From: Microbotryum violaceum
Taxonomy: Eukaryota
DNA length: 64,000 nucleotides
Direction: 5' to 3'
Assembly: GCA_001244265.2 (NCBI GenBank)
Contig: CDLV01000012.1
Span: forward strand, 992,001 to 1,056,000
Made by a program: the position numbers and the translations under genes. Position 1 is the first letter of the stretch. Each line of letters starts with the position of its first letter. Positions 49,750 to 64,000 of this stretch are shown here, piece by piece. A model generated the notes under the pieces. The model saw only the letters and a program-made list of their open reading frames with translations, had not been told where the DNA came from and ran no database searches.

Positions 49750-51545
49750 TCAATCACCAAGATCAGCCAATCTGGACGGCTTGGCACTTTTGCCCCTAAA
49801 CCAAGGACCACGACCCTCTTGTTGCTCCGACAACAACTTCCAGAAACCGCAATTCTGCCCAGGAACGACCTGGGATGCCGAGCAGGTCCAGAAAAAAATC
49901 ATATCGTCACCTTCTTGCCCCTCTGCCACGTCCGAGTCTACCTTCGGCTTATCCTTCTGCAGATAAGCTCTCGCCCGTCCTTTACCGTCCGGTCTGAGGA
50001 TCGTAGGCAATTTGCATTGACAATGTGGTGTTCCAGCGTATGCTCCGCCAGTAAGTGGCACCGACGTTTGGACGGGCAAAGGCGCATAGTCGGGGCGGTA
50101 ATGCCGGAACGTGATCTGTTTGAATTGGGGAAAAGCCGAATTCGTTAAATCTGTACGGCGGCCTCCATCTAGGACTGAAGCAGCTTCAGACGAAACTAAC
50201 ATTGATTCGTTCGCGGTAGCGTTCTTCTTGACCCGGAATCCTGAAGGTGTCGAGTGCCGAGACGGGCTGGATTGAGTGCTTGTAAAACTCTTGCGTGCCC
50301 GGGAGCATCAGGCATAGTGAGTTGTGGGGCAGCACGAGATCGAGCGATCTCATCTCGATGCCAGGCAAAGGCATGAAAGGTCGCAGACGAAAAGGTCGGG
50401 TACATCCCAAGGAGAGCGACGCGATGGTCGGGAACGGGCCAAGATACGTGAGGACATCCGAATGGGGTCCGACGCTTTCCTTGGCGCCTCGGTAGCAGTT
50501 GGCAGCGGCGACGTTGGGTACCCATTCACCCGCGGTGTACTCGAGGGGATGGCGCCGACGGGACCCAAGTATCAAGTTGACCAAAGGCTGGATCAAGGAG
50601 CGCGCCTGGTCCATAAGTGGAGTGAAATAGCGCCCCTGGCGTTTCGTGCCGTTGTACCAGTGCGTGGACAAGGCGACGTTTGTTGCGTTGACCAGATCCT
50701 CGTCTCCGACTGAAGGCGCTTTCTCGAGGTAGAAAGAGGTTGTGTGGGGCGATTCAACTTCGCGGTCGAACATGTACCACTTATTACGTCCCCCTGCAAT
50801 CGATGATAAAGTTAATGACGAGGCTCAACTGGGCTACTAGACATGGGCGGCTCTTCCGATTTGACTGACATGGCTCTTTGCTTCCTTCTTGCGCACGTCC
50901 ATCGTTCTCGTCGAGCATAGATTGGAAAAGCATGCTGGCCAACTCCTTTGGCAGGACGTTGGGGATGAGAATGATGCGACCACGAGTGTGTTTGGCAATC
51001 GCTTCCGGGGTTGACAAGGTCAAAGGAGGCAGATGGGTCGGCGTTGTACCCGCCCCTGTCGTAGTATTCGCCAAGCCGCCGAGTGGTATGGTCGTAGTCG
51101 AATTCGCACTCAATTTCGGCGTCTTAGACGTTGGCTTTCGCTGCAACAGCTGGTACGCATCGACGGTCGAGGTTAAAGTTGTTTCGACTTCGCGCTTGGG
51201 CGAAGTCGGTCGGGTCGATGCCTCTCCTCGCGATCGGGCAGGCAGCCGCATCGTCGACGACGAAGCTGGTTTGAGCCAGTGATCAAGCTTCTCTATGCGC
51301 TTCCTCTTGACGGCCCGAAGACCCGTGCTGTCCCAGGTGGTGACGAGTCGCCCGGCGGCGCTGACGGGTTTGACATTGTCGTCGCGTCCCAGCAAAGCGG
51401 TGGTCGCGCGCTCGAGGTCGCGCGACGACGCGACGAAGAAACGTTGCAGGGTCGACCGAGGCAGCTGTGGAAAGATGGCTGCGAGCGTGTCGATGGCTTC
51501 TTGGTGCTCCTCTGGTTTGATCTCGGTCACGGTACTCGACGACAT
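49750..51545 (-). CDS. CUE-domain / AlkB-like 2OG-Fe(II) oxygenase / GRF zinc-finger protein
   Basis: N-terminal LAAIFP...DLERATTALL (CUE); ANCY...VGPHSD...IASLSLG...HNSL..M...QEFYKHSI...RIN|.TFR (AlkB); CQC...FFWTC...CGFW (zf-GRF). Confidence 0.85.
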
Positions 51546-51852
51546 GTCGGCGGGGGCATCGAGACGCGTAAGTAGCGTCGGTTAGAGATCCGAGTGGCGA
51601 AATGAAACATTGGCTCAGATTTATGGCCATGCTCATGCGCGCACGCTCTCGCGCGCTCGTGCGGGCGAGCTAGTAGTATGGCGAGCTGGTGTGCCCTTGT
51701 CGCCTTGAAAAGAAAGAACGTCAATGGAATGTCATCTAACGTCACGGGATTCGGAGTCGACTCATTTGCCTCAGCCTCGACGGGATCTCCTTCTGCCTCG
51801 CGCTCCCCACTCGCCGCCTTTGACACACTCACTCGCACTCTTCGAAATCACC

Positions 51853-52650
51853 ATGAAACAAACGGCCCCAGTTGATGAGCATACCGCCCTCTTGGGTTCT
51901 GCAGCTCGTAAGTACCTCTGCTAGAGCGGCTTCCGCTTCGCAGACGACGCCACTCGCTGTTATTCCGGGCTCAGACACCCAAGTACCTGCACTAACACTG
52001 CCGCGCGCATTTCGTTTCCATCTCTTCACAGCCCCACCCTACCACATTATCGACGTCGAATCGAACCGGTCATCCCAAGGCCCATCGCCATCCGGGACCC
52101 CTATCTATTACGTTTGCACACCTTCAGGCTCGCTCCCCAACTATGCCCTCCCTCGTGTCTCGTCGTCGTCCTTCTCGTCCGTGCATCGACTCCCGGCCGG
52201 CCCTTCGCCTTTCAACGACTTACCACTACCCATTGCCTCGGCATTGGCATACCAACAGTCGCTCCGCCATGCGGATGCGAGGGCGAGGGGGCGCGTCATC
52301 CGTGGTGTTATCGGCGCATTGCTTCTCTGGTGGGGCCTGTCCCTCCTCGTTGGATTAATTGTGGAGAACGAGCACGAACTCGAGAAATGGACCGAGCACA
52401 AGTGGAGAGACGCCAAGCGGTGGTCCAAAAATCACCGATGGGAAGTTGAGCCGGAACTGGAAGGCCAGGAGAAGGGGAGGTGGAGTCGACCCTTGTCTGA
52501 CGATCCATTGCAGGTACGCACGGGAATGACTTAGACGGTCGTGTCGTTTCGAGCACAAATGGCTGATCTGCGCTGCGGTGCGTGCAGATCTTGTCCTCGC
52601 CACAAATGACGACTATGCCGACGGAACGCTCCGAAGCAATTTCGGCCTAG
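51853..52650 (+). CDS. hypothetical single-pass membrane protein
   Basis: MKQTAPVDEHTALL...|PPPY..., TM segment GVIGALLLWWGLSLLVGLIV; GT-AG introns at ~51908 and ~52514. Confidence 0.65.
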
Positions 52651-54106
52651 TCAACGATTTGTCCCACAACGATAATGTCGATCACACCTCAAGTTCTTTC
52701 TTTGCACAATTTACACGTTAGTGACTCTCGACACTTAGTATTAGGTCCCTCGCCCCAAGTTTTGTACTGAACATAATGGAAGTAATGAACACGGTCTGCT
52801 ATCTTCGCCATCAGAAGTGAGGCGCCTTCTCACGACGAGCACTTGGATGAGATGGCGAGATTCCCATGATGGTATCTGTGCATCAAAGTTGACCTTTGGT
52901 GTCCTATCTTGACGCTGTTAGCCTGTTGGTCAACGTGCGCACTCGTTTGCCTCGGCGTTGCAGCCCCTGGCCGCCGCACGTGGCACATTCGGCTCGACCC
53001 AGCGTTTGCTCCACGGTAATACACAGATCAGCACGCTCACGCGCTCTATCCTGATATATAAGAAGGTGTAACGGGTTTTTTTGTTTCGGTAGTTCCACAG
53101 TCTCTGAGGTTTGAGCCAGGCATCGCAGGGTATCTGGCCACCAGCTTCTTGAATCGGACGCCTTGACCCGGCCGCTCCGAGTCGAAGCCTCGAATCAATT
53201 GCAAAGTTCCGGAATCTGGCCTCATGATCTTGGCGATTCCTACCTTTCATTTTGGCTTGGTGGAGGGTGAAGGACAAAAAGAATGACTATGGTGACCCAG
53301 ATAGAGAAATTATACCTTTTACCGTAGGGGATGTTGAATGGTGACTAGGAGGATAACCGCCGCACTCCGTGCAGTGCCATTTGATTTTCATCTGGCGCCG
53401 CCGCGCCGGTTACCATTAATCTGAGGCTGCACGTGTGGCGGGTGCAGGACCTATTTGGTGAGGCTGGGGCTTTTTGTGGTTTTGAAACAAATGAATGATA
53501 AAATACCTCCATAGCCTTGTCGGTACATGATCCCATGCTGGCTATTCCCGCCGCGCCCTTCGATTCATGATGGGGCAATGTGCCCTGCCACCAAACCAAC
53601 GGGACGCGCTGCAGCACCGGAGCCGCTGGGCGCCCAGAGCCACAGTCGCGCGTTGTCGCGCGGGCGGCGCGCACAGGCGCCAATTTCGTGAGATTCGTGT
53701 CGAGCGTTTTAAACTTTTCTGTCAAAACTTTGGCGGGGCCTCAGCTTTGGGCTCCTGCTTCTCCCCTACCACCACCCGCATCCCGTGTGTCACCTCATTT
53801 CTCCGTCTTTTCTCACAGTATACGCCCTCTTGATCGAGTGTGTGACCATACCATCGCTTCACCAGCACCACCACCCACCGGTACCGCCTGCCCAACCTCG
53901 TCCACTCGTTCGACCCTCCGCCAGCAGCTCATCCGCAATTCTCGACTCTCCTTTGTGTGGAACATCTCGGAGCCCGTGTTCTAGTGTGCGACGCGCTTGA
54001 CGGATCCGCCTCGACCTCCACTTTTTACTGCAGCATACGAGTGTCATCACTGCAGACCACCGTCACTCCTTTCTCCACCTTCTTTCTGTCCTCAATACCC
54101 TTCATC

Positions 54107-56921
54107 ATGCTCGTCTCGTCCTCGCTCGCGGCGCTCGTGTTGCTCACCACCTCGGCACTCGGATCGTCCCTGCACGGTGATGCGCAACAACAACAGCAGC
54201 AGCAGCAACTTCACCGGGGCCGCAAGTTCAGATTAGCCAAGCGTCTGGAGCCCGTCTCGATCCAAGGTGTCGTCAATAAGAAGTGAGTATTCTGGTTTTT
54301 TATCTTTGTTGCCACGGCCGGGGACGACCCCTCGCGTTTTTCGCCCGGTGATCGTTAGGGCCGCGCGCGTCGCGGGCCGCCACGCTCTGCCGGTTCGTCT
54401 ATGTCTCGGGTCGACTCTGCACAGACCCTCGCATGCATCGATCTCTTGACGGCAGATCCACTTGCGCACATGCTCTTGGATGACTTAAGGCTGTGTCTGC
54501 GCTGCACCAACCGCACCTTTCACGCCCTGCCAATGTCGCTGGATGTTTTCGTGTCCTTGGTTCCTTGGTGTCAGCTGCGCGTAGTCTGGGCCGAGCGTCG
54601 ATCGCGTTTCGGGCGGTTGAGCGAACAACGCGCGCCACGCGCGGCGCGTCGCATCGACTTGGCCCGTGCCCGCCTCGGCAAAACGCGTCGCGCAGCGGGC
54701 TTGGTCCCGATGCTTTTAGCCTACCGGCTCTGTCGCTCGGCAGCGTTCTAGGTTCAAACTTTTCGCTGCCCCAAGCTGTGCTTCCACCTTCCAGAGTTGT
54801 GCCCAGACACCCTGATTCCCGACCAGAACACTGACTGCGGCTTGTTTGTTTTTTTCCTCGGCGTTTTCTCTCCCTCCCAGATTCGTCAACAACGACTTGG
54901 CGCGCAGTTCGCACAAGTATGCGACCGCCTCCGCAACCAAGATCATCAACTTTGCGAGCAAGAACACCACCGCCAAGATCCGTCGTCATATGGCCGCCTT
55001 GTCCGAGGCAGCTCAAGCCATGGAGAAGCGATCAATCGAGTCCCAGAAGTCGTCAAAATTTGACAAACGGGCGCCCAAGGGCTCCCTCGACCTCACCGAT
55101 TGGAGTTAGTCACGTCCTTCCTCTCTGTGATTGTCATGTTATGGGACAGTTCAACCCATATTCGCAATGTCATTGTGCTTTCATTTGCTCGTACCTTCAT
55201 CTGAATCGAAGCTGATGCGCCCCTCGTCCCGGTCTTCCAGTCACCGGTGGTCACGACACGGTCTACTACGGACAACTAAGCATCGGAACACCTTACCAGA
55301 CCTTTGAGATTGATTACGATACCGGCTCCGCGGAGTGCGTACCGGACAGCGTTTCGTGCCGAGCGAGTCAACACCGTGCTAACCCTTGCCTTTTCCACCG
55401 CTTGTTAGCCTTTGGGTCCCAGGTCAGAGCAACCCGACCAAGCACACCAAGTTCAACGACGACAAGTCGACCTCGTTTGAGCAGTCCAAGGTCAAGTGGT
55501 CGGTCAATTACGGTACCGGCAGCTCGACGGGTCTCATCGTTCGAGATCGCGTGCAATTGGCTGGCTACAATTACGCGACCCAAATCTTTGCGCTCGCCAG
55601 TGCATCCGCTCAGGTGCTCGAGAACCTCCCCGTCGATGGTGTTATGGGCTTCGCCTTCTCTTCGATCGCCTTCATGGGCTCGCCGACGATGTTGGAAAAC
55701 CTGATCAACCAAGGCTCGGTTTCGACTCCTGCCGTCAGTTTCTACTTCAAGCGCGCGCGTGACACGACTTCCAAGACGAGCGGCACCCTCGATGGCGGTG
55801 AGATGTGCGTCGGTTGCATCGACTCGTCCAAGTACAGTGGAGCTTTGAGCTACACCGCCGTTTCGGATCAAGGGTACTGGCAAGTCCCGTCCGATGGTAT
55901 CGCCGTCAACGGCGCCGTTGTTTCCGGCACGAGCATGCAAGTTGCGGTCGACACGGGAACGACCCTCATCTATGTCCCCGTCGCGGTCGCTGACAAGCTC
56001 TACACGTCGCTTAACGCCAAGAAGTACGCCGATGGTTCGTACACGGTCCCTTGCGCCGCCGCCTTCCAGACCCTTGGTCTCTCGTTCGGAGGCAAGATCT
56101 ACAACATCCCCCTCGCCGATCTTTTCTTGGGTTACGCCGACTCGAGCGACAAGTCGCAGTGCAGCCTCGGTATCACCGGTGTCGACAATACCAACGCCGA
56201 TGGAGATACCGTTGCCATTGTCGGTGTCTTGTTCCTCAAGGCCGTCTACAGTGTCTTCACCTACTCGCACGGCGGAAAGCCTGCCGTTGGCTTTGCGCAG
56301 TCCATCACGAGTGGCGTCGGCTCGGGCAGTGTTTCGGCTGCGACCTCGCCCGCCGCAACCCCGGCTGGCACTGTCACGACTTCGGGTGGCAAGAACGGGT
56401 CCACCTCGGCGACGACGACGGCCACGACCAAGTCCTCAGCCGCTTCGAAATTCGTTGCAACACAACAGGCCGTCTCGATCGCCGCTCCTATCGTTCAGTC
56501 GGCCTCAAAAGCCGTCACAGCCAAAGCGGCCGCGGCAACTAGCAGCGGAAGCGGCAGCACCTCAACCGGCGGCAGTGACAATGGCGGCAGTGACGATGGC
56601 GGCAGTGACGATGGCGGCAGTGACGATGGCGGCAGCGGCCAGGGCGTCATCGGAGGCTTCACCTTCTCCTACTTTGACGCGTCCTCGACCGCTTCTGCTG
56701 CTCCTGCGGCTACAACCCCCCCGACAGAGTCCGTCACCACGACCGAAGCATCGCCGACACCAGTTGCGGACTCCGCCTCGCCCAGTGCTTCGCCGACCGA
56801 GTCGGTTGTCGATTCCCAAGCCTCGACGTCTTCGACGAGCGCTGCTTCTACTTCCTTCGCCCTGTCGGGCTTGACAGCCATCGCCTCGGTTTTCCTCGGC
56901 GTGTTCGTTGCCATGGCATAA
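54107..56921 (+). CDS. pepsin-like aspartic protease, secreted and probably GPI-anchored (yapsin-like)
   Basis: Signal peptide MLVSSSLAALVLL; YYGQLSIGTP..DYDTGSA|DLWV; second motif VDTGTT; Ser/Thr-rich tail and hydrophobic C-terminus FALSGLTAIASVFLGVFVAMA. Confidence 0.93.
56569..56636 (+). repeat. 15-bp coding minisatellite (GGSDD)x4
   Basis: gcggcagtgac(a/g)atg tandem units within the protease tail. Confidence 0.85.
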
Positions 56922-57321
56922 GGTTCCTTCCAACGCGCCTCCTCTGATGAACAAAAGACGGTCATAAATAGCTTGTCTCGTCTCGCTTGTGTTGTTTATC
57001 TCTCTCTTCTCTCTCTTGGTGATCCTCTGATCCACCTAATGTGACACTTTATTCCATTGTTGCATGCCTTTCGTCCTTTTCACAGCCACACTTATATGTT
57101 CCCATCTTGACTAGGACAGTGCATTACTCCTGTCCATAGACACTCTCATGACTTGAACTGCTATATGGTACGCTTCGAAGTTCCGCTGAGGGCTTATACG
57201 AATCAATTTCGGCAGAGAGCAATGGTCGTGCACAGAAAGTCCAAAGATCCGTGAGGCGATGATGACTCGAACATGCCTTTTATCGCGTAATACAAAGAGG
57301 TATCGAAACTACACACCACCC

Positions 57322-60116
<2,795 letters not shown>

Positions 60117-60200
60117 GGTGGATAGCGTGCGAGTCGACGCGAGGGCAGGAAGGAGCGGAGCAAGAGCGCCAGAGTAGTACACAGCGAGGGGTAGCGCGCC

Positions 60201-60252
60201 GTATTAGGCCGTATTAGGCCCTATTAGGCCCTATTAGGCCGTATTAGGCCCT
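60201..60252. repeat. 10-bp tandem repeat STATTAGGCC x5
   Basis: gtattaggcc gtattaggcc ctattaggcc ctattaggcc gtattaggcc in the CEF1/TOM6 divergent intergenic region. Confidence 0.9.
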
Positions 60253-60730
60253 ACTATTCCCGGACCGCAGCGCTTGGGCTGGGTGCCCCGGCTCAGCGGT
60301 GCCCGGCTCAGCTTCTGCACTACGCACCGCATTCCCAATCGTCGCCTCGAGCACATTCAACACTAGGTGAGAAGAGGATCTTGTCCGCCTCTGCTCAACA
60401 CTCGGCCGGGTGGGGCACGTTCCTCGGTCAAGTCGGGCTCGCACTCTGGATCGAGCTCGCTTCGCATCCATCCCGGCCCATCGACGTCATCCGCGATCAC
60501 ACCACCACCAGCCATGACCTAGAGTACCCGAGTCGACCTAGGTCACCCGTATAGTTTGGAGGCATTTGTCACGTTTGACGATCATGGACTTGCTCGACTC
60601 GTACGATCGAGCGTGGCCTGTCTTTCGCAAGCCAACCGGCCCCGAGTGACGAGCACAACACCCGCCGCCAGCAGCAACCCATCTCGAGTACATGAGCGCT
60701 AACCTAGTCTCTACCTTGTAGAAACTGATC

Positions 60731-60988
60731 ATGGCCCCTCCCGCTCGCACACCGCAACAAATCACGCTCGGTGACATCCTCCGAGCCCAATGGAATGACC
60801 CCGAGGTACGCCCAGGGTTTGTTCACGCTCTGACCTGCAAGAACAAACTCATTCATCTTCTCATCTTTGATCGGTTTCCACCACAGTCGTACAAGGCCAA
60901 CTTTGGGATCGGAGTCGCCGTCGCAACGTTCGCCTCGGCGATCGTCGTCCTCTCCCAGTTGGGCGATCTGCTGGTGCCTCAGTTCTGA
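60731..60988 (+). CDS. TOM6: small mitochondrial outer-membrane translocase subunit Tom6-like
   Basis: 58-aa product after removing intron 60806-60886; C-terminal TM followed by GDLLVPQF, resembling the Tom6 C-terminus (DMLAPQL in yeast). Confidence 0.65.
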   Translation: MAPPARTPQQITLGDILRAQWNDPEVRPGFVHALTCKNKLIHLLIFDRFPPQSYKANFGIGVAVATFASAIVVLSQLGDLLVPQF

Positions 60989-61410
60989 TCGAAGCAGTTT
61001 GTCGACCTCACTGTAACAATAATCCATGCATATGAAAATCAACCTCATCACTCGCAAACTCTGATGGCCGAGAGAACGGGGCCTCTGAGATCACCAAGAG
61101 AGAAGTTGTGTGCAAATCTTGAGCCAAATATCAAGCCTGTCCCTGGCCACGGCCCAGCCAAGCCAACAGCAGCCCAGACATGGACTTTTTGTAATGTGCA
61201 GGCTTGATTCCATAGCAGGAAAAGCTGCTCTGCCGCTGATCTGCCGCGGATTTGTGCCGTACGACTCGGAGTGAAGCGCGCGTCATTTGACCAGCTGCAG
61301 GTTTTGATGAGCCCCGAATAAAGTCAAAGTCCATCCAGCTCAGTCCAGCTTTGGAACAGCAGCTCGGTCTCTCTCCGCGCACCCTCTTGCGCTGCGTACA
61401 TCTGTCCATC

Positions 61411-63386
61411 ATGTGAGTTGCACCACCACACCAGGCGCTGACCAGTCTCTTGCTGCTCTGCAAGCCCGTCCCTCCCCCCCGACCCGATCAGACCGCTTGC
61501 GCGTCCACCCACCACCGACCCATACCGTACGACCCCCGCCGTCGCCACACGACTCCACAGTCGCATCCACCTGCGAGCTCGTGTCGCATTCACCCATCGC
61601 TGACCTCCTCGCATCCTCTCCGTACTCAGGGTCTCGATCACCTTCAAGACGCTGCAACAAAAGCAGTTCAAGATCGAGGCGCAACCGACCGACACCGTCA
61701 GTATTACTCCTACAACATCTCGTCCCATCCGTTCTCAGCGCGCTCACAGTCTCTACCTTCCTGGCTCACCACAGGTGCTCGACCTCAAAATCAAGATCCA
61801 AGCCGAACAGGGATTCGAGGTTGCATCTCAAAAGATCATCTTCAGCGTGCGTTCGGATCCGCAAAGTCCAGCTTCAAACAGCTGACGTCCGACTCTGGTC
61901 TCTCTATACAGGGCAAGATTTTGGCCGATGACAAGACCGTTGCGGATGCCAACTTCAAAGAAAAGGATGCAAGTTCAACACACACACACAAGTCCCCTCG
62001 ACCCCCCGGAACGATCGAACCGAGCTGATTCCTCCCTCCTTCCCCACTTCTTGTACTTAGTTCTGCGTCGTAATGGTCTCCAAGCCCAAGGCCGCACCTG
62101 CTCCTGCCGCTGCTCCTTCCACATCGGCAGCATCAGCCGTCCCTGCTACACCTGCTCAAGCCTCAGCACCCGCTGTAGTGCCCAACGCCCCCGCCCCCGC
62201 CCCCGCTGTACCCAATTCGGCCGTCCCCGAAACCCCGTCGGCATCGACCAACAGCACCGTCCTGGACACCGTCGAGACCCCGGCCGTTGCAGGAGCGTCG
62301 ACGGGCGAAGAAGCATCCTCGTCCAGTGACACGTCCTTTCTCATGGGCTCGGCGTTGCAATCCTCGATTAACGAGATGGTCAGCATGGGCTTCCCAAGGG
62401 ATCAGGTCATGAAGGCCTTGAAAGCGAGCTTCAACAACCCGCATCGTGCTGTCGAGTACCTCATGACTGTGAGTCAAGTCAGCTACAGCATCATTCTCGA
62501 TGCTCCCATTGCAAAGGCTGATGCATTTGTTGAATTTGTGCCTCCAGGGTATCCCCGAGTCGTCCGAACCAGCTCCTGGACCGGCTGCGGCTGCGGCTGC
62601 TGGGGCCCCGGGTACACCTTCTCGTGCCGGTGGTAACGCTGCGCCTCTTGCTTCTACACCTGCACCCGCTGCGGCGGCGGCCCCCGCGGCTGCCCCGAAC
62701 GCCCCTCGTAAGTTTTGCTGCTCTTGGAGCCCGCGGTCGGCGCAGTCTAGGCCCGAACCGTAGCTCACCCTATCGCCACACGATGGTCTTCGACAGGCAA
62801 CCTTTTTGAAGTACCCGCACCCGTAGCTGCTCCTGCTACAGCAGCTGCTACGACAGGGGCTGCCCGAAGTGGCGCTGCCGGTTCGAGCGAGCTCGCACAG
62901 TTGGCGCAACAACCCATCTTTGGCCAATTGCGTTCGTTGGTGCAACAGAACCCGGCGTTGCTGCAACCTTTCTTGCAACAGCTCGGCGCTTCAAATTCCG
63001 AGTTGTTGAGCATCATCGATAGGAACCAAGCTGAATTCGTGAGATTCTTACAAGAAGGACAAGAAGGTGGGGCCGCGGGTGGGAAGGGCTGGAAGGCTTG
63101 TTGGATCAGTTCGGCGATGATGAGGAGGGCGAGGATAGGAATGAGCATTATATCCAGGTGACGGAGGAGGAGAACCAGGCGATTGATAGGTTGACCGCGA
63201 TGGGCTTCGATAGGGAGGTCGTCATTCAGGCATACCTTGCTTGCGATCGGAATGAGGAGCTGGCCGCGAACTAGTGAGTTTTGCGCTGGTAAGGCGAGTT
63301 AAGTGCGCAAATTTTGACTAACGACCACACCACTTCCTTGGGTTCGCTCTAGCTTGCTTGAGCACGGCTTTGACGATATGGAGTAG
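61411..63386 (+). CDS. RAD23: UV excision repair protein Rad23 (UBL-UBA-XPCB-UBA)
   Basis: AT|G split start, [17 protein letters not shown] (UBL), [26 protein letters not shown] (UBA1), [20 protein letters not shown] (XPCB), [32 protein letters not shown] (UBA2). -1 shift in a G run at ~63081. Confidence 0.96.
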
Positions 63387-64000
63387 AATAAACCGTGACG
63401 ATGACGACGACGAACAACAGCTCTGAATTTTCCTCTTTCTTTCAGTTCTGCTCCTCTCGCCTTCCAATGAGCCGTAATGAACGTTGTCGCCGTGATCAGA
63501 AATGATCTGCCGGCCTTGAAAGTGAATCCGATACGGGTCTCAAGTACTGCATGCCAGGGTTTGAGCTCGTCGCCCGGTCACCGGCGGTGTGAATCGAATG
63601 TTTGGTCGCCACGATCGGGCTCACCGAGACGAATTTTCGAGTCGCGCTGCTATCCTCGTCCAATCCTCAGTCATAGCTGCCTGAGGAACATCTGCCCCAT
63701 GAGCGACTGGTCCTCGAGGCCGAAATAGTCCCACATCGTTCCTGGGGCGATCTCGCTAGGTCCGTGCGAGCTCGTGCGAGAGGTGGCGCCGGTGACTGCC
63801 TGCCACGACTTGCCACGACGCGCGCTTTGGCGCTTTGACACGCTAGTGGCGACAGCGTGTGCGTCAGTTTGTGCTCCCCTCCCTGCTCGACGGCTCCCAC
63901 CTTCCTGATCTTTCCCCGGTACTCTTTAAAGTTGGCCTAGCACATCTCGGTTCTGCATCTTGCTCCCACCGCCGCCGACCTCTCCTCTTCCTAGGTCGAC

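Noticed and set aside
63480-64000. 3' end of a minus-strand gene at the window edge
   Set aside because: A branch point/acceptor is visible near 63843, but the frame and product cannot be determined from this window.

Overview
Eukaryotic, intron-rich, GC-rich (by inspection) DNA. The splice signals (GTRAGT/GTCAGT/GTGCGT donors, GCTGAC/GCTAAC branch points, YAG acceptors) and the gene content suggest a basidiomycete fungus, plausibly a Pucciniomycotina/Microbotryomycetes yeast; this taxonomic call is an inference. About 20 spliced housekeeping or hypothetical genes are recognisable: aquaporin, peroxisomal ABCD transporter, pterin-4a-carbinolamine dehydratase, Cti6-like PHD protein, cytochrome c peroxidase, twinfilin, mitochondrial IF2, F-box/YccV protein, CBP20, a Rossmann-fold protein, a secreted CHRD protein, Pop7/Rpp20, Erg28, CUE-AlkB-GRF, a GPI aspartic protease, Cef1/Cdc5, Tom6 and Rad23. 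There is also one intron-containing tRNA-Ile(AAT). Mobile DNA is the most interesting part. (1) A 5'-truncated L1/Tx1-like non-LTR retrotransposon sits head-to-head about 30-60 bp upstream of the tRNA, resembling Dictyostelium TRE5-type tRNA targeting. (2) A degenerate, intron-containing Crypton-type tyrosine-recombinase element has its 3' end folded back as a ~265 bp inverted duplication. (3) A TA-flanked foldback MITE. (4) A hAT-like MITE plus a solo end of the same family. (5) An unexplained ~0.85 kb array of strictly 10-bp-phased YGCA clusters. Several -1 frameshifts fall in homopolymer runs, including in conserved genes, so they probably reflect assembly errors. Exon boundaries were read by eye and all family assignments rest on motif recognition, not database searches.
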